A DNA stretch of 64,000 nt from Vicugna vicugna (Eukaryota), in the NCBI GenBank assembly GCA_013265495.1, contig MU058221.1:3970001-4034000 (forward strand). Reading direction: 5' to 3'. This document shows, piece by piece, positions 24,701 to 37,966 of the stretch (position 1 is its first letter; the number at the start of each line of letters is the position of its first letter). Both the position numbers and the translations under genes were made by a program. The notes beneath the pieces are model-generated. The model did not search any database and was not told the DNA's origin. It saw only the letters and a list, made by a program, of their open reading frames with translations.

Positions 24701-25779
24701 CTCTGGAAGACCAAAAAAAAAGGCAGAAAGAAGGCAAAATCAGCAGCAATTTAGGGGTTATTTCCGGTGAGTAAGAAGTGTTAGGCACCTGGTACCCTTA
24801 GGCGTCGCAGTGAGACCTTCTTGGCACACAAAGACCAGACGCCCTTATTTAGAGGAGATGAACCTTGAACTCATTACACGTATTCTTTGGGCAGAATGGC
24901 CATCAGGGTGAATGACATTCAGAAAGAAAAACCACTAACAAAGACATCAGAACAGGCACAGGACAGGACAAACACACTGTACTTGTAAACAAAAGCCCTC
25001 TTTTCATCTCTGATGGGAGGTTCTGAAAGCTTCCTTTCTTTGTAAACTCACATACCATCTGAATGAGGAGCAGTGGATAAGAAAGAAAACCTGAAGGAGT
25101 AAGAGCTTACCCAAAAACGTACAACATCATAAGCTATTGGAACTCCCAACTATATAACATTTTTGAAAAAAAAAAAACAGATATACAGAATTAGGTGAGC
25201 AGATTAGTGATTGCAAGGTATTCAGACAAAGCTTGGGGGATTAATAAAATCTGGAACATCTAAGTTAAGCTACGGACCAAAGCAAACATACCAGAAGGAG
25301 ACCTGACATGATTCTACAACCTATGTTTACCCAGAGAAAAGACAGCAGAAATGCATGTCCCCCACGAATCTAGGAGACTAGATTATGTCACAGGAAAAAA
25401 GAAAATGCTTTATGGCAAAAATTTTACAGCAATTTTGTTTGGAGCATTCTTTCAGCATCTCTTTCTTGTAAGCCTCGTACAGCTATAATCGGTTTCTCAG
25501 TGTTGAGTGTTCTGCTCTCAGCCAAATGTATTTTGACTCACTTGCTGGCCTGTTTTTTCACTGTGGTATGTTCATCTCTGCTAGTGCTTCCCCACCCCGT
25601 TCAATCCTTAAGAGTAATATCATCAAAAGTAATAAGAGTAGCCACTCAATCCTACAATTTACCCTTGTTTTGTTCTTGGCTCCATACTGACCACGTGGCC
25701 TTATTTGTTTCCAGTGCTTCAAGATCTGCCTCTAGGTTACTCAGCACAAAATCTGTGATTCTAACCTGATACACTCCCA

Positions 25780-26300
25780 TCCCATAACCTCATTTCTTAG
25801 GTCTACTGGACATTGCCATCTGCAAATCCAGTAACGCTTAATATTTCTGCAACAGAATTTAATCTCTGTCTTACAGCTCATGTTCTATTTTTGATTCAAT
25901 CCTTGTCTTTCTTTCTATCTCTTACTGATGCTACAATCTAAAAATTCCTTAAAGTCAAAAATAACAGCAAAAAAACACGTGGTGAACATCAGTATATCTC
26001 TGTGCTGCATATAAACAGTCACGTATTTGGTCAATTGTAATTGAGATCTATTTTGAAATCTGATGTTTCTTTGTATCTATGCTGCCACCCATTCACCCGG
26101 GGGTCCTCGATATTTTGTGCTTGAACTTTTTAACTGCTCTCCGGATCAATGAGTTTATGCCCATTCCAGTTCATCTGCCCAATTGCTACCATTATTTTCT
26201 AAATCAAAGGCGGACCACCTTGCCCTTCTGCTTAAAAAAAATATATACATACATACTTCTCTTTGACTTTCTACTTCCCAAAGTCATGGGATTAAAAACT
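25780..26300 (+). mobile_element. L2 internal fragment
   Basis: tctactggacattgccatctgc..ttttctaaatcaaaggcggaccaccttgcccttctgcttaaaa. Confidence 0.5.
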
Positions 26301-26844
26301 TTATTCCTGTGTCCTGTCTTAAGTTCTCATTTCTCACTCTTAATATAACCCTGAATTTCTCATCATTACGTTGGATAAATCAGACCAACATTTAGCTCAA
26401 TCACTTTGCACTTGCAATGACTAATGTCATTCCTCCCTCATGTGTACGGCACACTCATACTCATTTGTCAAGATGTAGAAAGAAGAATGTCTTCAAATAA
26501 TTCTTCCTTAGCAACTGAAGGGTGAGTTAGTAGCTCACATATCACATTCAACTGATTTTATGTTAATAAGACGTCATATTTATTTAAAGATATTTGTCTG
26601 GAGATTTGAGTGTACACACATCTTATCTTCTTCAAACCAACAACCCACCCTTGCATTTTTCAGTTGTAATGGAAAGTCTATTACATTACATAGTCTCCAC
26701 TTAATAAAGAATGTGCAGAGATAGAGCAATTCCTATTCTATGGCCAAAAGGAATTCTCTCCAATGGCAGAAGAGACCCAGATTTTAAAAGAGTATATACG
26801 CACAGCATGAACGCCTACGTATGGCATCAAGAAAGCTCAGAATA

Positions 26845-27110
26845 GAGAGCGATTATCTCTGTTTGGGGTATGACCAAGGAAGGATTCCGGGCAGAAGTGA
26901 TGTCTTCTATGAAATCTAAGGAGTGACTTGACAGGAATAGGAAGGACATATTTCAGGAATGGAGGATGGTTCAAAAGCAGTATCTGCCTATGGAATTAAT
27001 TGTAATTTCTCATTCAGTCATTCAACCAACACTTTTGATAACCATTATATGGAAGGCACGTGTGAGTATTAAGGATTCAGACGTGCTCTTGCGTCGAGTT
27101 CACAGACTTG
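26845..27110 (-). mobile_element. L2 fragments
   Basis: aaggaaggattccgggcagaagtgatg..; tcattcagtcattcaaccaacacttttgataaccattatatggaaggcac. Confidence 0.55.
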
Positions 27111-27879
27111 CGTTCCCCCTCGGTACCCAAATGAGAGCTACAGTCCAGTCGTGCCCACACAGTAGGGAACGGCCCTCTTCCCCACTAAGGCTTGGCATGA
27201 TTGAGCAATCAGGCAGCAAACACATGGCAAACGATTCAGTGTGTGATTGTTTCCAACAGCAGCTAAGCTAAAATTACCAGAGGAAGCTCTCAGACACCCC
27301 CAAATGCACTAAACTGCTGAAACAAGAGCGCAATGTCCTACCAGCTGAAATCCCCAAAGAAACCAACGTTCTGCTAGTTGAAATCCCCAAACCGTTGATT
27401 TTTAGCCCCCGGGGGGATACAGATGAAGGGGCTTTCTGACTTTTATGCCAGCACCTGTTCATTCTATTCACCAAGCTGCTTAATCATGTGCTTCTGCCAA
27501 AAGCATGACAGGCCATATTTTCTAATACACTTTAATGGTTAAAATTACAGCATATTAGATGTGATTTATTTGACATAGCAACTGTAATTTAGGACATTCC
27601 CAAATATTTCTCTGGGTTATTGGAGGTAAAAATTGTCCTCTGGAAAGTGGACATATTTTTATATAAATCCAGTCAAATCTTGATTGGATGCATTCAAATC
27701 TAGGAAGGGGAAAGTGTGGATAATAAAGGAAATTTTTTCTTTTTACCATATACATGTAGTTGCTGTGTTCAGGAACACATTTCTTTTTTTTTTTTTTCTT
27801 TTCACTGACTATTTAAATTGGTTTACAGTCTCTGGACCAGCACTTAACTGATGAAAAACTACTTTTTAAAGTATCTGAC

Positions 27880-28321
27880 AAGAAAAATACCATGTGAGAT
27901 CGCTCATATGTGGAACATAAAAAAAAAAAAAGAAGAAAAGGAAAAGACAAGTGAACATAAAAATAAAACAGAAACAGACTGATAGAGTACAGTCTTGTGT
28001 TTGCCGGGGGGGAGGCGGGTGGAAACGGACAGACTGGGAGTTCACAATTTGTAGATACTGACAGGCATACGTAGAGTAGATAAACAAGATTATACTGTAC
28101 AGCACAGGGAAATATAGACAAGATCTTGTGGTAGCTCACAGCGAAAAAGAATGCGACAATGAATATACGTATGTTCCTGTATAACTGAAAAATTGTGCTC
28201 TACGCTGGAATTTGACACAACATTGTAAAATGACTAGAATTCAATAAAATAAAATTTAAAAAATAAAAATAATAATAAATAAATAAATAAATAAGGAAGT
28301 AAATATGAAAAATAAAATAAA
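27880..28321 (+). mobile_element. Younger-subfamily L1 3' UTR with A-rich (TAAA)n tail
   Basis: tgagatcgctcatatgtggaa..gcacagggaaatatagacaagatcttgtggtagctcacagcg..tttgacacaacattgtaaaatgac; CpGs retained. Confidence 0.9.
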
Positions 28322-29559
28322 TAACTTGTTTGAGGCAGTCAGTTTGCCCCAGCGGGAATTAACGCTCACGTCCAGCCTTTTGCACTTCAGTGACTGGTCC
28401 AGCCTCCACTGCATGTGGAGTTTCTCTTGAAGTGCATGAGCGCACGTGTGTCAGGGCTGCCATGGTTTAGCAGAGAGAACAGCTGAGGTCACAGGCAAGA
28501 TTCTGATCATGGCGTGCAAGTACTTTCTCTCTCTGTGAATAGCATTCCAGTTGTATTTAAAGAGTGGGAAACAGACACACCAATAAGAAAATGACATTCA
28601 GCCGGTCTGGTGTTCACAGATGATTTAACCGCCGTCTAACTGTCCCAACCCAGTTGAGCCAAACTTTCATCAAAATGCGCAAACACAATGAATAAGAGAT
28701 TCCCTTGCCTTGTCAGAGGGGTTCAAATTCAGCAGTAAATTCAGCACTGTGTTGAGCAGGTGAAAAATAATTCTATGAAAGGCCCTTCCTTCTTTCGGGT
28801 TCTCTTCCTCGCTCTATGACAACACTACGTTCCCTGGACCTTCCAGCTGACCTCCCTATGAATTAATCATCGTTTGTCTAACTGCTTGACCTCATTAAAA
28901 TCCTGAATGTTCTGGTCTCGCCAAGTTTTGATAAGGCCGCACAGACTGAGCTAGAGGTCCGAGCCCGTCTTGAGTGTTCCTTTCCAGGGGGCGGTTAAGA
29001 ATAAATGTCACATACTTACAGAATCCCTGCAGGTTTTCAGTGTACTTGGCAGCCACCAGTTCACTTACACACTCAGCACACACTCACACATACGTGTTGG
29101 AGATTTCATTGTTGCTTTTGAGTTACTTCGCTTTGCCAGACGTGAAAATGCCAACAAATTAGAACGTAATCTCACCTCTGAACTCTGAGCATTGCCGAAC
29201 TTAACAACACTGTTTAGCTAATAAATAACACATTGTATTTGATTATTTTATGAAAGGTTGTGATTCCTACGACGCACGTAGGAGTTTTATCTTATCTTTC
29301 TTCCAAAGTTGATGAGGGTTATGATCTTGAACACATCCTTTCATCTTTCTAACGTTTTTTTTCTATGTCAGTAAAATCCAAGTATTGCTTCATCTCCCTT
29401 CCACCTTCAACTCACCAACTTATGTAATTGTATGAGTTCATTTTAATTGGACTTTCTACTGATATATTATGCTTTATCTTGTGTTAATTCACAGATAAGG
29501 GGATGTGATAAAGTGTATTATTCATTAACAAAAATTAAAAAGAAACTTTTAAGGGTCTT

Positions 29560-30240
29560 GCCCTTCTCCCCTCCAAGAATGCTGACATCCCCTAACCCGG
29601 TGACATTGACCTTGGCCACATGACTTTCTTTAGCCAATGAAATGTGAGCAAGAATGGCATTGTGCTTTCCATGTGGAAGTTTCATAGGCTTTACAAGCAA
29701 GCATCCCTTTTCCCACTGCCAAGAAAGCAATCACATTCCAGACCGAGTATGTTCCGCCAGCCTGCGACCGGAGTGAAGGCAGCCTGGAGCAAAGCCATCT
29801 CTGACCTGCAGTGGGCGTAGCATGAAAGGAAAAAGTAAGCCTTTGTCACTGTAAGCTACTGGGATTTTTTTAGCACTTTCTCATGGTGTAATTCCTGTAC
29901 GGTAAACGACACATATTTCAGATGCACAATTTGATGAATTTTAATAAATGTATATACACAGTAAAACTGCCACCACAATCAAGATAGTTAACATTGCCAG
30001 AAGGAGAAAGGAGAATGCCATATGATGTCACGTAAATGTGGAATCTTAAAAAAAAGGACACAAATGAACTTATCTACAAAACAGAAACAGACTCACAGAC
30101 ATAGAGACCAAACTTATGATTTCTAGGGGGAAAAGGGGGGGGAAGGGATAAATTCAAAATTCGAAAATCGCACCTCTTGGAGAGAGATGGAAATGGTAGC
30201 CACTGGGATTTTGAAGTCTTATGTTCCCACAGCATAACAT
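29560..30240 (+). mobile_element. MLT1I/J-type MaLR LTR split by the 29869-30197 insertion
   Basis: cttggccacatgactttctttagccaatgaaatgtgagca; 3' end aagc(t/c)actgggatttt..cacagcataac resumes after 30198. Confidence 0.8.
29869..30197 (-). mobile_element. Composite retro-insertion: old L1MC/ME-like 3' end (29872-29999, minus) plus lineage-specific L1 3' UTR piece (29996-30155, plus)
   Basis: 15-bp TSD agctactgggatttt (29854-29868) / agccactgggatttt (30198-30212). Confidence 0.8.
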
Positions 30241-30396
30241 AAATAAAACAAAGAAATCTATAAAGGTGTATTTCTAATCCCTCCGCTCTGCTGCATTTTC
30301 TACTTGTCTCCGAACATATAGACATACCACTATTTCAGTAAGTGCATTACTCATACAGTAGGGTTAATCATTATTTTTATTCTATTTAGAAATATC

Positions 30397-30872
30397 TGTG
30401 GTACTGGTTATGGATTTAAAAAAATTTTTTTTTGTCTAACCTCTCCCATCCACGCATTTTGGCCGACCCACTCACCCCTGCCCCGTGGCTACTTGTCAGA
30501 TCTGGACAATGGTTGACAGCAGCAGGGGCCAGCAGTGCAGGAGGAGAAAGAGGGCAGGTAGGTGTCCCCTCCCCAGCCCTCCTCCTCACCGTCCCAACAG
30601 AGGCTGCATTGCACAGGACAGATCCTCCCAGATGGCCACCCCTCTTCCAAGGTGATAAACTCTTTCCAGACTCCAGCGACCCAGCTCCTTGTCTGTCCTT
30701 TCAGGCCCAGGATGGTAAATCACTTCTGGTTGTTGCCAGTCCCTGAAGACATCGCTGCATTATGACTATGCCCTTAGCCCTGCCCATCTCTCTTGAATAG
30801 TCCCTTTATTAATTCTATTCAGTTTGGCCTTCAAGCCTGGAATCTGTTTCCTACGGGACTCTCAATGCTACA
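30397..30872 (+). mobile_element. LTR33-type ERVL solo LTR
   Basis: TG...CA; tcctttcaggcccaggatggtaa..cttctggttgttgccagtccctg; aatagtccctttatt; atctgtttcctacgggac. Confidence 0.75.
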
Positions 30873-30924
30873 GTGTCCTATCTACACTCTCCTGATAATT
30901 CTTCCCAATAAAACATATATTCTT

Positions 30925-31214
30925 CTTATTTATTGAGTTATAGTCAGTTTACAATGTTGTGTCAATTTCTGGTATATAGCACAATTTTTCAATCATACAT
31001 GAATATACATATGTTCATTTTTATATTCTTTTTCACCATAAGCTACTACAAGATCTTGAATATATTTCCCTGTGCTATACAGTATACACTTGTTTATCTA
31101 TTCTGTATATACCAGTCAGTATCTGCAAATCTCAAACTCCCAGTCTGTCCCTTCCCACCTCCCTTCCCCCAGGCAACCACAAGTTTATATTCAATGTCTG
31201 TGAGTCTGTTTCTG
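30925..31214 (-). mobile_element. L1 3' UTR insertion with TSD
   Basis: TSD taaaacatatattctt (30909-30924) / taaaacatatactctt (31215-31230). Confidence 0.92.
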
Positions 31215-32511
31215 TAAAACATATACTCTTTTTGTCCTTTTATAGAATGAAATTCACCTGAATTATTATTATAATGTTATTAATCACAAATCTTCAAATG
31301 GATACATTTGAATAAAATCCACATTTAAACTCTTTAATCAATCCATTCAAGTATACAGCACCGTATGTTTCTTGTATTCAAATACACACAATTGTCTCTC
31401 AGTAAAAGAAATTCTGCCTATTTCGCACTGGGATTACATTTTAGATTTTTTTATGTATCTTTATGTGTCTCCTGCAGTTGAGAATAAGGCATTGCAGCCT
31501 GTTTCCTAACCTGTGTTTTCTGGCATTGAGGCACACTGTACCACACGGTCGCAGCCAGTCACTTCGGAACACTTTACCGAATCATTTTCTCTAAAATAAT
31601 TATGACTTCATTTCTGTTCTTGGCTTTTGCATCATACATACATGGGCTGGAACTTCCACGACAACATTTAACGTAGATGCTTCACAAGGACTGGAGGAAA
31701 AACTAAGCTCAGCGTCCCGGTGCTTTCCTAGAAGTGGGAGCTACTGCTTGCTCACAAAATCAAGACCCCTCTGTACACTTTTCATCGCTTCCCCTGAGAG
31801 GAGTAACTTGGCGGTCGGGGAAGCAGTAAGACCTTTCTATTTCCTGGGCTCTGTTTCCCAGAGGACGAGGCCACTGCATGGAGAAGAGATGGTGAGACCT
31901 GCCTGCCAGGACGTAAGTCTGCAGAGCGTGGGTCTCTGTGCAGCTGGCTGGTAAGTAAACTAAGACGGCGTTACAGCCTGCATTTCCCCATGTGTAAATG
32001 CTAAAATGTTGATCCCACGTGAGACAATAAGTTATTCTTACTTGGGCTTTGGGCCAGGAACATACTGTCCAGTCTGGCTTAAATCTGGTAACATAGTCTT
32101 CGAGAATCTTCAAAGAGTTAATACCCAACCCACATTTTATTCATCGTGTCTAGTTTCTTTATGAACCCCAATCCAACCAGAGACAAGCGGCAGCGAATCT
32201 GTTCCAACACACAGCTGCGTTGTTATGTGCCTGATTTTACTAGAAAGGACTTTAGCATTTCACCGTTTGGCACAGAAATGACTGGCGTAGCCTGGATTCA
32301 AAGCCCTTCCATAAATTTTACACAGCAAACGTCTCATGCACACAGCCCTCGACTCTGCCTTGCCAAGGGCACGACCTGTCCAGACCAGAAGCCCGATCAT
32401 TTCGCACATCTACAATACATGTATTTCCCCTTCCGGTCCATCTGCCTGGCATGCCAGCCCTGACATTTTTGAAGTTTTTTTTTTTCAAAATTCTGTTTTG
32501 AAATTTTTCTT

Positions 32512-32967
32512 TTTTTTTTAACTTTTCTATTTTTTTAAAACATTTTATTGAGTTATAATAATTTTACAATGTTGTGTCAAATTCCAGTGCAGAGCACAAT
32601 TTTTCAGTTATACAGGAACATACATATATATTCATTGTCACATTTTTTTTCCGCTGTGAGCTATCACAAGATCTTGTATACATTTCCCTGTGCTACAAAG
32701 TACAGTCTTGTTTATCTATTCTGCATATGCCTGTCAGTATCTATGTTTTGAAGGGAGTTCAAAATTTGTCCCTTCCCACCCCCCATCCCCCTGGCAACCA
32801 CAAGTTTGTATTCTATGTCTATGAGTCTGTTTCTGTTTTGTATTTATGTTCTTTTTTTTTTTTTTTAAGATTCCACATATGAGTTTTCTCATTTGTTTTT
32901 TTTTTTTTTCTTTTTGGCTTACTTCCCTTAGAATGACATTCTCCAGGGACATCCATGTTGCTGCAAA
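32512..32967 (-). mobile_element. Younger-subfamily L1 3' end
   Basis: ORF2 C-terminus on the minus strand (MSLENVILREVSQKEK); TSD ttgaaatttttctt / ttgaattttttctt. Confidence 0.9.
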
Positions 32968-33489
32968 TTGAATTTTTTCTTAATGATGACTGTAAAGTAA
33001 CATCCTGGGTCACACTGAAATTCCAGTGAAAACCGTTTGAACTAATACCACAGTTGCATTAGTAATTAAAAGCTAAAAATAATTATTATATCTAAAATAT
33101 ATGAAATGCTTAGGATAACCCAAATACAGGGCTAAAAAATATACATATGTATATATGTACACACACACATATATGTGTATGTATATGCCAATATTTATAG
33201 GCAAACATATTCATACACAGACACATGCCATATAATCAGGGCACCTGTGAGGTAAATAGTCTTATTTCTACTTTAAAAAATAGAAACTTAGATGAAAGAA
33301 ATTCATATTCATCACTTATCTGTGATTTAATTTTATCTGTTGACCAACAGAAATGAAGTGTAAGAGGTTTTTCTTTTTTTCAATCCTAAAAAAAAAATTA
33401 TTTTTTACTTTATATGCAAATGGGGAGATGTGATGGCATTTTTCACTGCACCCCACTCAACCTGGTAAATACTTGTCAGACAGATGTGC

Positions 33490-33725
33490 AAAGCCCTATC
33501 TGAGGCATTCGAAATGATTGGTGATATGTATTGGACTGGAAAGACATGAATACAGTTGGGAAGATCACTGGGACTAGAAGGGACAGTGCAACAAAGTGTA
33601 ATCTGTGTGTTGATGTAAAATGCACAATGATTTTCCTCTCCCACTTTGTGAAAGGCATTTGAGAGGCAGACTGAGTGAAACTTGTTGACTGACCTAAAGG
33701 GAGGGATGGACAGAGGATGCACTGA
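33490..33725 (-). mobile_element. L2 internal fragment
   Basis: gacatgaatacagttgggaagatcactgggactagaagg..gcatttgagaggcagactgagtgaaac. Confidence 0.4.
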
Positions 33726-34529
33726 CCACCGGCTCCAAGACGAAACAAGCAAACTGCCTGAGCATATCCATTTGAAAACCTGCTCCGAGGGAAGATAGGC
33801 AGCTATTTAAAAATTATCAGAAACCAGGTCCTCCCTGATGGGGGCATTTTCTCCTCTGGAACCCTCCGTTCTGGAGTTACTGTTTTCACAGAGTAGATTG
33901 TCCTCGTGTCCCTGAGATTCAGCGTTTTGAATGCTTTCCATAGGGCTACACGTAAATGTAGTTATGAATGGATTCATCAGCCTTGTGCACAGAGGGTTTT
34001 AGGATAATTCTGGGTGGAGGGTGCCTGGGCAGATTCCCAGGTGGCCGTTGTGTGAAGTGGGTTTTATTATTCAGCAGCACATAACTTTCCTATCACGGAA
34101 ACTCTGAATTAATCTGGCCAAACGAGAGATGCTTTGTTGCGATGATTCTTTGACTTCTTCCCTTTTCTCTTTCTGTGGATATTTAACTCAAATATTTTCT
34201 AAAATCTACCATTACGGCAATTTTTAATATTGCAAAATAGAAAAAAAAATTACATTCTTAATTCCTTAAATTCTCAAGAGAAATTCAAAAATAATCTTTT
34301 CATGAAGAACAAGTATTTCCTTCCTGATATAACATCCATAGTCATAATACAAAGAATTCCAGCGTGGCGTGCTGAAATGCTGAAGTCAAATCATTAGTTC
34401 GGCACTGCGACGTGAAGGGCTATGTCGGCCCCTAACAGTCTGGTCGGATGGGCCTTGTCGTGTTTAGGTAACTGACACGGTGGTAGTTACCCTGGTTGCA
34501 TGACTTCCACCAGTGGGATGATGACTAAG

Positions 34530-34980
34530 GTGACTTTGATGGCGCCAACAGCTTAACTAAAGTTTAGACAGGTTATTTCCTAACCATGGGTTTCTACCTT
34601 TTCTTAGAGCATTTACTTTAGAATATGTTTAATTGCAAATTATGTTCTGTGATCTCTTGAGGGATAAATCTTTCTAAAAGCCTCTTGCCAGGTTTAAGAC
34701 TCAGAAATTTCTTTCTCAGAGACAGGGGAATTATCCTTTTGAAATGTAATCAGAAAGAATGATGATCCCCTACCCGCACGTCTGCGGGAGAGGAGGAGCC
34801 TGACACGGGTGAGTAAGTGTCGGCAACCGCAGGTGACCACATCACATTGACTGACTGCCCAGGTTAACGCCCTCGAATTCTTTTCCACTAGCTCACTCCA
34901 GCATTTAAAAATCCTCTCTTTGGTTTCAGTGAGATTGAGTTCAATTTCTCTCCCCTACTGCAATAGTCTTAAATAAGACA
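34530..34980 (+). mobile_element. ERV1 solo LTR of the MER31/MER67/MER90 group
   Basis: ccttttcttagagcatttactttagaa; aaagcctcttgccagg; gagttcaatttctctcccctactgcaatagtcttaaataa. Confidence 0.8.
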
Positions 34981-37457
34981 TAATATAGCCTTGATGTTTC
35001 CAGAGTGAATTCAGTCCGTGCATGCATCCTTTCTTCTAAAATGGAGGGAGAAATGATCAGAACTGAACAACTGATCTAATTCATGTGGTGACCGTTCTTG
35101 TAATTTTGACACTTAAAAAACTCAGGATACATATTTCAACTTGTGTTTCAGATAAGTTTTCCTTGTCTCCATAGTCCAAACAAAAGAAGGCGGCAGAAAA
35201 GAAAATGACTGTGTAAGTGACATTCTGGGTTCAGCATAGATATAAACAATCTTATCCAGCATGATTTCTGAGGAGACTTAAGGGCCACAAAACTGACATA
35301 CAATCGACCCACGTCTGACTTTTCTCCTGCCAAGTTTACTGATAGAGGGAACAGTAAAGTCTGTGAAGTCAGAAAGCGTCAGTTAGCTGGTGGCCAAGGG
35401 AACTTTTCCTAGACACTTTCCATCAGCGTCAGAGCATGAAAACAAGTGGCAGATTGGGGAGGGAAAAGAATACAAATCTAACGTGGACAGAGGGATAACT
35501 TAGCTGACTCTGAGAGCGGAGCTTCCAAGGACGTCTTTGGCTATAAGTGTCTTTTTACAAACTATTTTGAAATATGACGAATGAAAATCATAAATATCGC
35601 GTTGGATAAATTATTGAAGCAGTAATCCTCAATTCTGAAATTTATGTCCAGAATCACGAACAATGGAGTGGGTTTGTTTCTGTTTTAAAAACAGAAGATG
35701 GATTCATTTATCATAAGAACAGTTATTGCTTGAGTTTATCTAGTTAATAGTTTCCTCACTTTACAAGGAAAACAAATCATAGGTTCTTTCCTTTAACCTA
35801 CAGGGACCTCACACATTTAATACAGATCCACCATCTGTAAGCAGCTTCTCTCCACCTTCTCGGTGAATGGAGGAGAACAGGAAGGTACCCAGCCCCCCAC
35901 CGCCAAGGTGTTGTTCCTTCTACCACCATGTAGAGAGGGCTGTCCATCTCAGGGAGGGATGTGAGTGTCCACGCATAGGTTTGTCAGATCTTGGGGGGTC
36001 CTGGGCCAGATGAGACTAGTTAAAGGGGGGATTACAGTCCCAAAAGTGGGTTCCAGCAAGTGCATGAAAATGGAAATTAATGTGTGTCCTATGACCTTTG
36101 AATGCATTGGGAAGAAGATCAGAGAATTTCATTCATGGGGTATTGAATGAGTGTTGTCTGAACTCCCATCGGCCGCAGCCAGTTCAAAGGCCTGGCTGCC
36201 CCAAAGCGGAGGCAACCTTCCAAATCGCTCAAATGCCGTCACTGGGAACCAATTATACCTCTAGTTTAACTTTCCATTTGCATCTAAATTAAAAAAGAAA
36301 AACATCATTGTGGAATCCTGTGCATATTTTAGGACCAATTGGCTTCCTTAAATTGAAGAGAAAGGATGACAACCAAAGAGACAAAATGTTATCACCAGCC
36401 TTTGTTTTGGGGGGGGGGGGCGCGGTCCCAGGAACCAGATGCCTCTCTCTCAGGATGGATGAGGTTGCAGATCTCTCAGTCATCTGTGGACCAGCCCAGG
36501 CCCTAGTATTTCCTAGATGCTATTGCAGATGAAGTCTATGCCTCATTTCCTTTGTCCAAACCAATGACATTCTAGTCACCAAATGCCAACTCCCGATTTT
36601 TCCATCATCCCTAATTACTTAAAACCTTGAAATTAAAAAAGTCAGTGCCACTGTTTTGGGTTTTTTTAAATTTTTTATGGATTTCAGCTTCAGAAGTCAA
36701 TATAATTTAATATACTGCCTACCCTTGTTGGCCAAGAGCTGTCAGTTTGCAGCCAAAGCTAGACATGTGTAGCTGGTACTGACTGGAGTACAGAATCTTT
36801 GCCTGAAGTCTTGCTAAGGCCAACAGCATTTCCAACCTTGTTTCCAAGCCTCAACCCAGGTGGCCAGAGCAGGCCCTGCCAACTCCGATCTAGCTGCTTT
36901 GGAATGGAACCTTGGCACCGATAAGCAGCGCCAGATCTAGCCATGCCTGAGAATAGGCTTCTGTTTTCCTATCATATGGTCAGTAAACAGGTATTTGACA
37001 GCTCTGTTTCAGGCAATGACAATAAATCATTTTTCGTTGTTCAAAAACCACTTAAGTTTTTAAATCGTTTCGGAAGAGAGGCTGAACCTTTAGAAAAACC
37101 TTCTGGCGTTAGCTCTTAGGTGTGTGAGTCAAAGATTCATGAAACTAAAATTCTGAGACTTATATATATATATAGGCAGTTGTATTTCTTTTCTGATTCT
37201 TTTCAAATGTAAATGATGTAAATATGTACTGATCTCTTAGTTGAGATTTTGACTTTGGAATTTCTGATTTAACACAGAGATTCGCGGGAAATGATCAGTT
37301 ATCTCCTTTCTGTAGCTTCCCGTGTTTAATGTGGAATAAAGATTCCTTAAGGTGGAAAGAACGAAGATGATAATTCCTTACTGTTGCTGCTCTGAAATCA
37401 AAGGCCAGGCACTTTAGGTCCATTTTCAGGTCAAATCTCAGCATTGTGCTCTTGATA

Positions 37458-37536
37458 ATAGATTTAACCTTATGAAGTTGTAACATTTTAATGTTCTGTC
37501 TTTTCAAAAACGGCAGTTTCATACTGTTCAGCCTCG
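37458..37536. mobile_element. MADE2 mariner MITE (~80 bp, palindromic)
   Basis: tagatttaaccttatgaagttg ... cggcagtttcatactgttcagcct inverted arms, TA on both flanks. Confidence 0.7.
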
Positions 37537-37564
37537 TAAACATCCCTGACTTCATTTTTGCTAA

Positions 37565-37775
37565 AGAGAAAACCAAGAACCAAAGAGGTTAATAATGTGC
37601 TCCAAGAAACTCAAAGGCTGCCATTAATTCAACCGGTGTTCTACACAGTCTCTTTCGAGTTCAAACTCAGCGCTAATCTGAGGTTATATCGACTTGACGT
37701 TTGGACTTGACAGTCTCTTCCTTTCTTAACCCTTAAGCTCTTGTTTCCCCCATCATCTCAGTTTGGTAAATAGCC
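37565..37775. mobile_element. Two MIR fragments in opposite orientation
   Basis: gaaaaccaagaaccaaagaggttaataatgtgctccaag (minus); ttcaaactcagc..tcttaacc..gtttccc (plus). Confidence 0.45.
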
Positions 37776-37824
37776 TGGATGGAGTAAGAGTTCTGAGTAA
37801 AGACTGGATACTTTTCCTTCCTTC

Positions 37825-37966
37825 TTTTTTTTTAATTGGGGCATAATTGACATATATATTAGTTTCAGATAAAAAGAAAATATATAATGGTTTAATATTT
37901 GTATATACTGTGAAGTGAATGATTACCCCAGTAAGTCTAGGTAACAACTGTCAATGCACATAGTTA
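37825..37966 (-). mobile_element. Older L1 (L1MA-like) 3' terminus
   Basis: ttttaattggggcataattgacata..tttgtatatactgtgaa..gattaccccagtaagtctaggtaaca. Confidence 0.75.

Noticed and set aside
28381..28436. Nested inverted repeats tgcacttca/tgaagtgca and ctccac/gtggag
   Set aside because: Large asymmetric internal loop; not a pre-miRNA-like stem and no RNA family motif.
36911..36932. REST/RE1-like site cttggcaccgataagcagcgcc
   Set aside because: Lacks the GGACAG core and has the wrong spacing.
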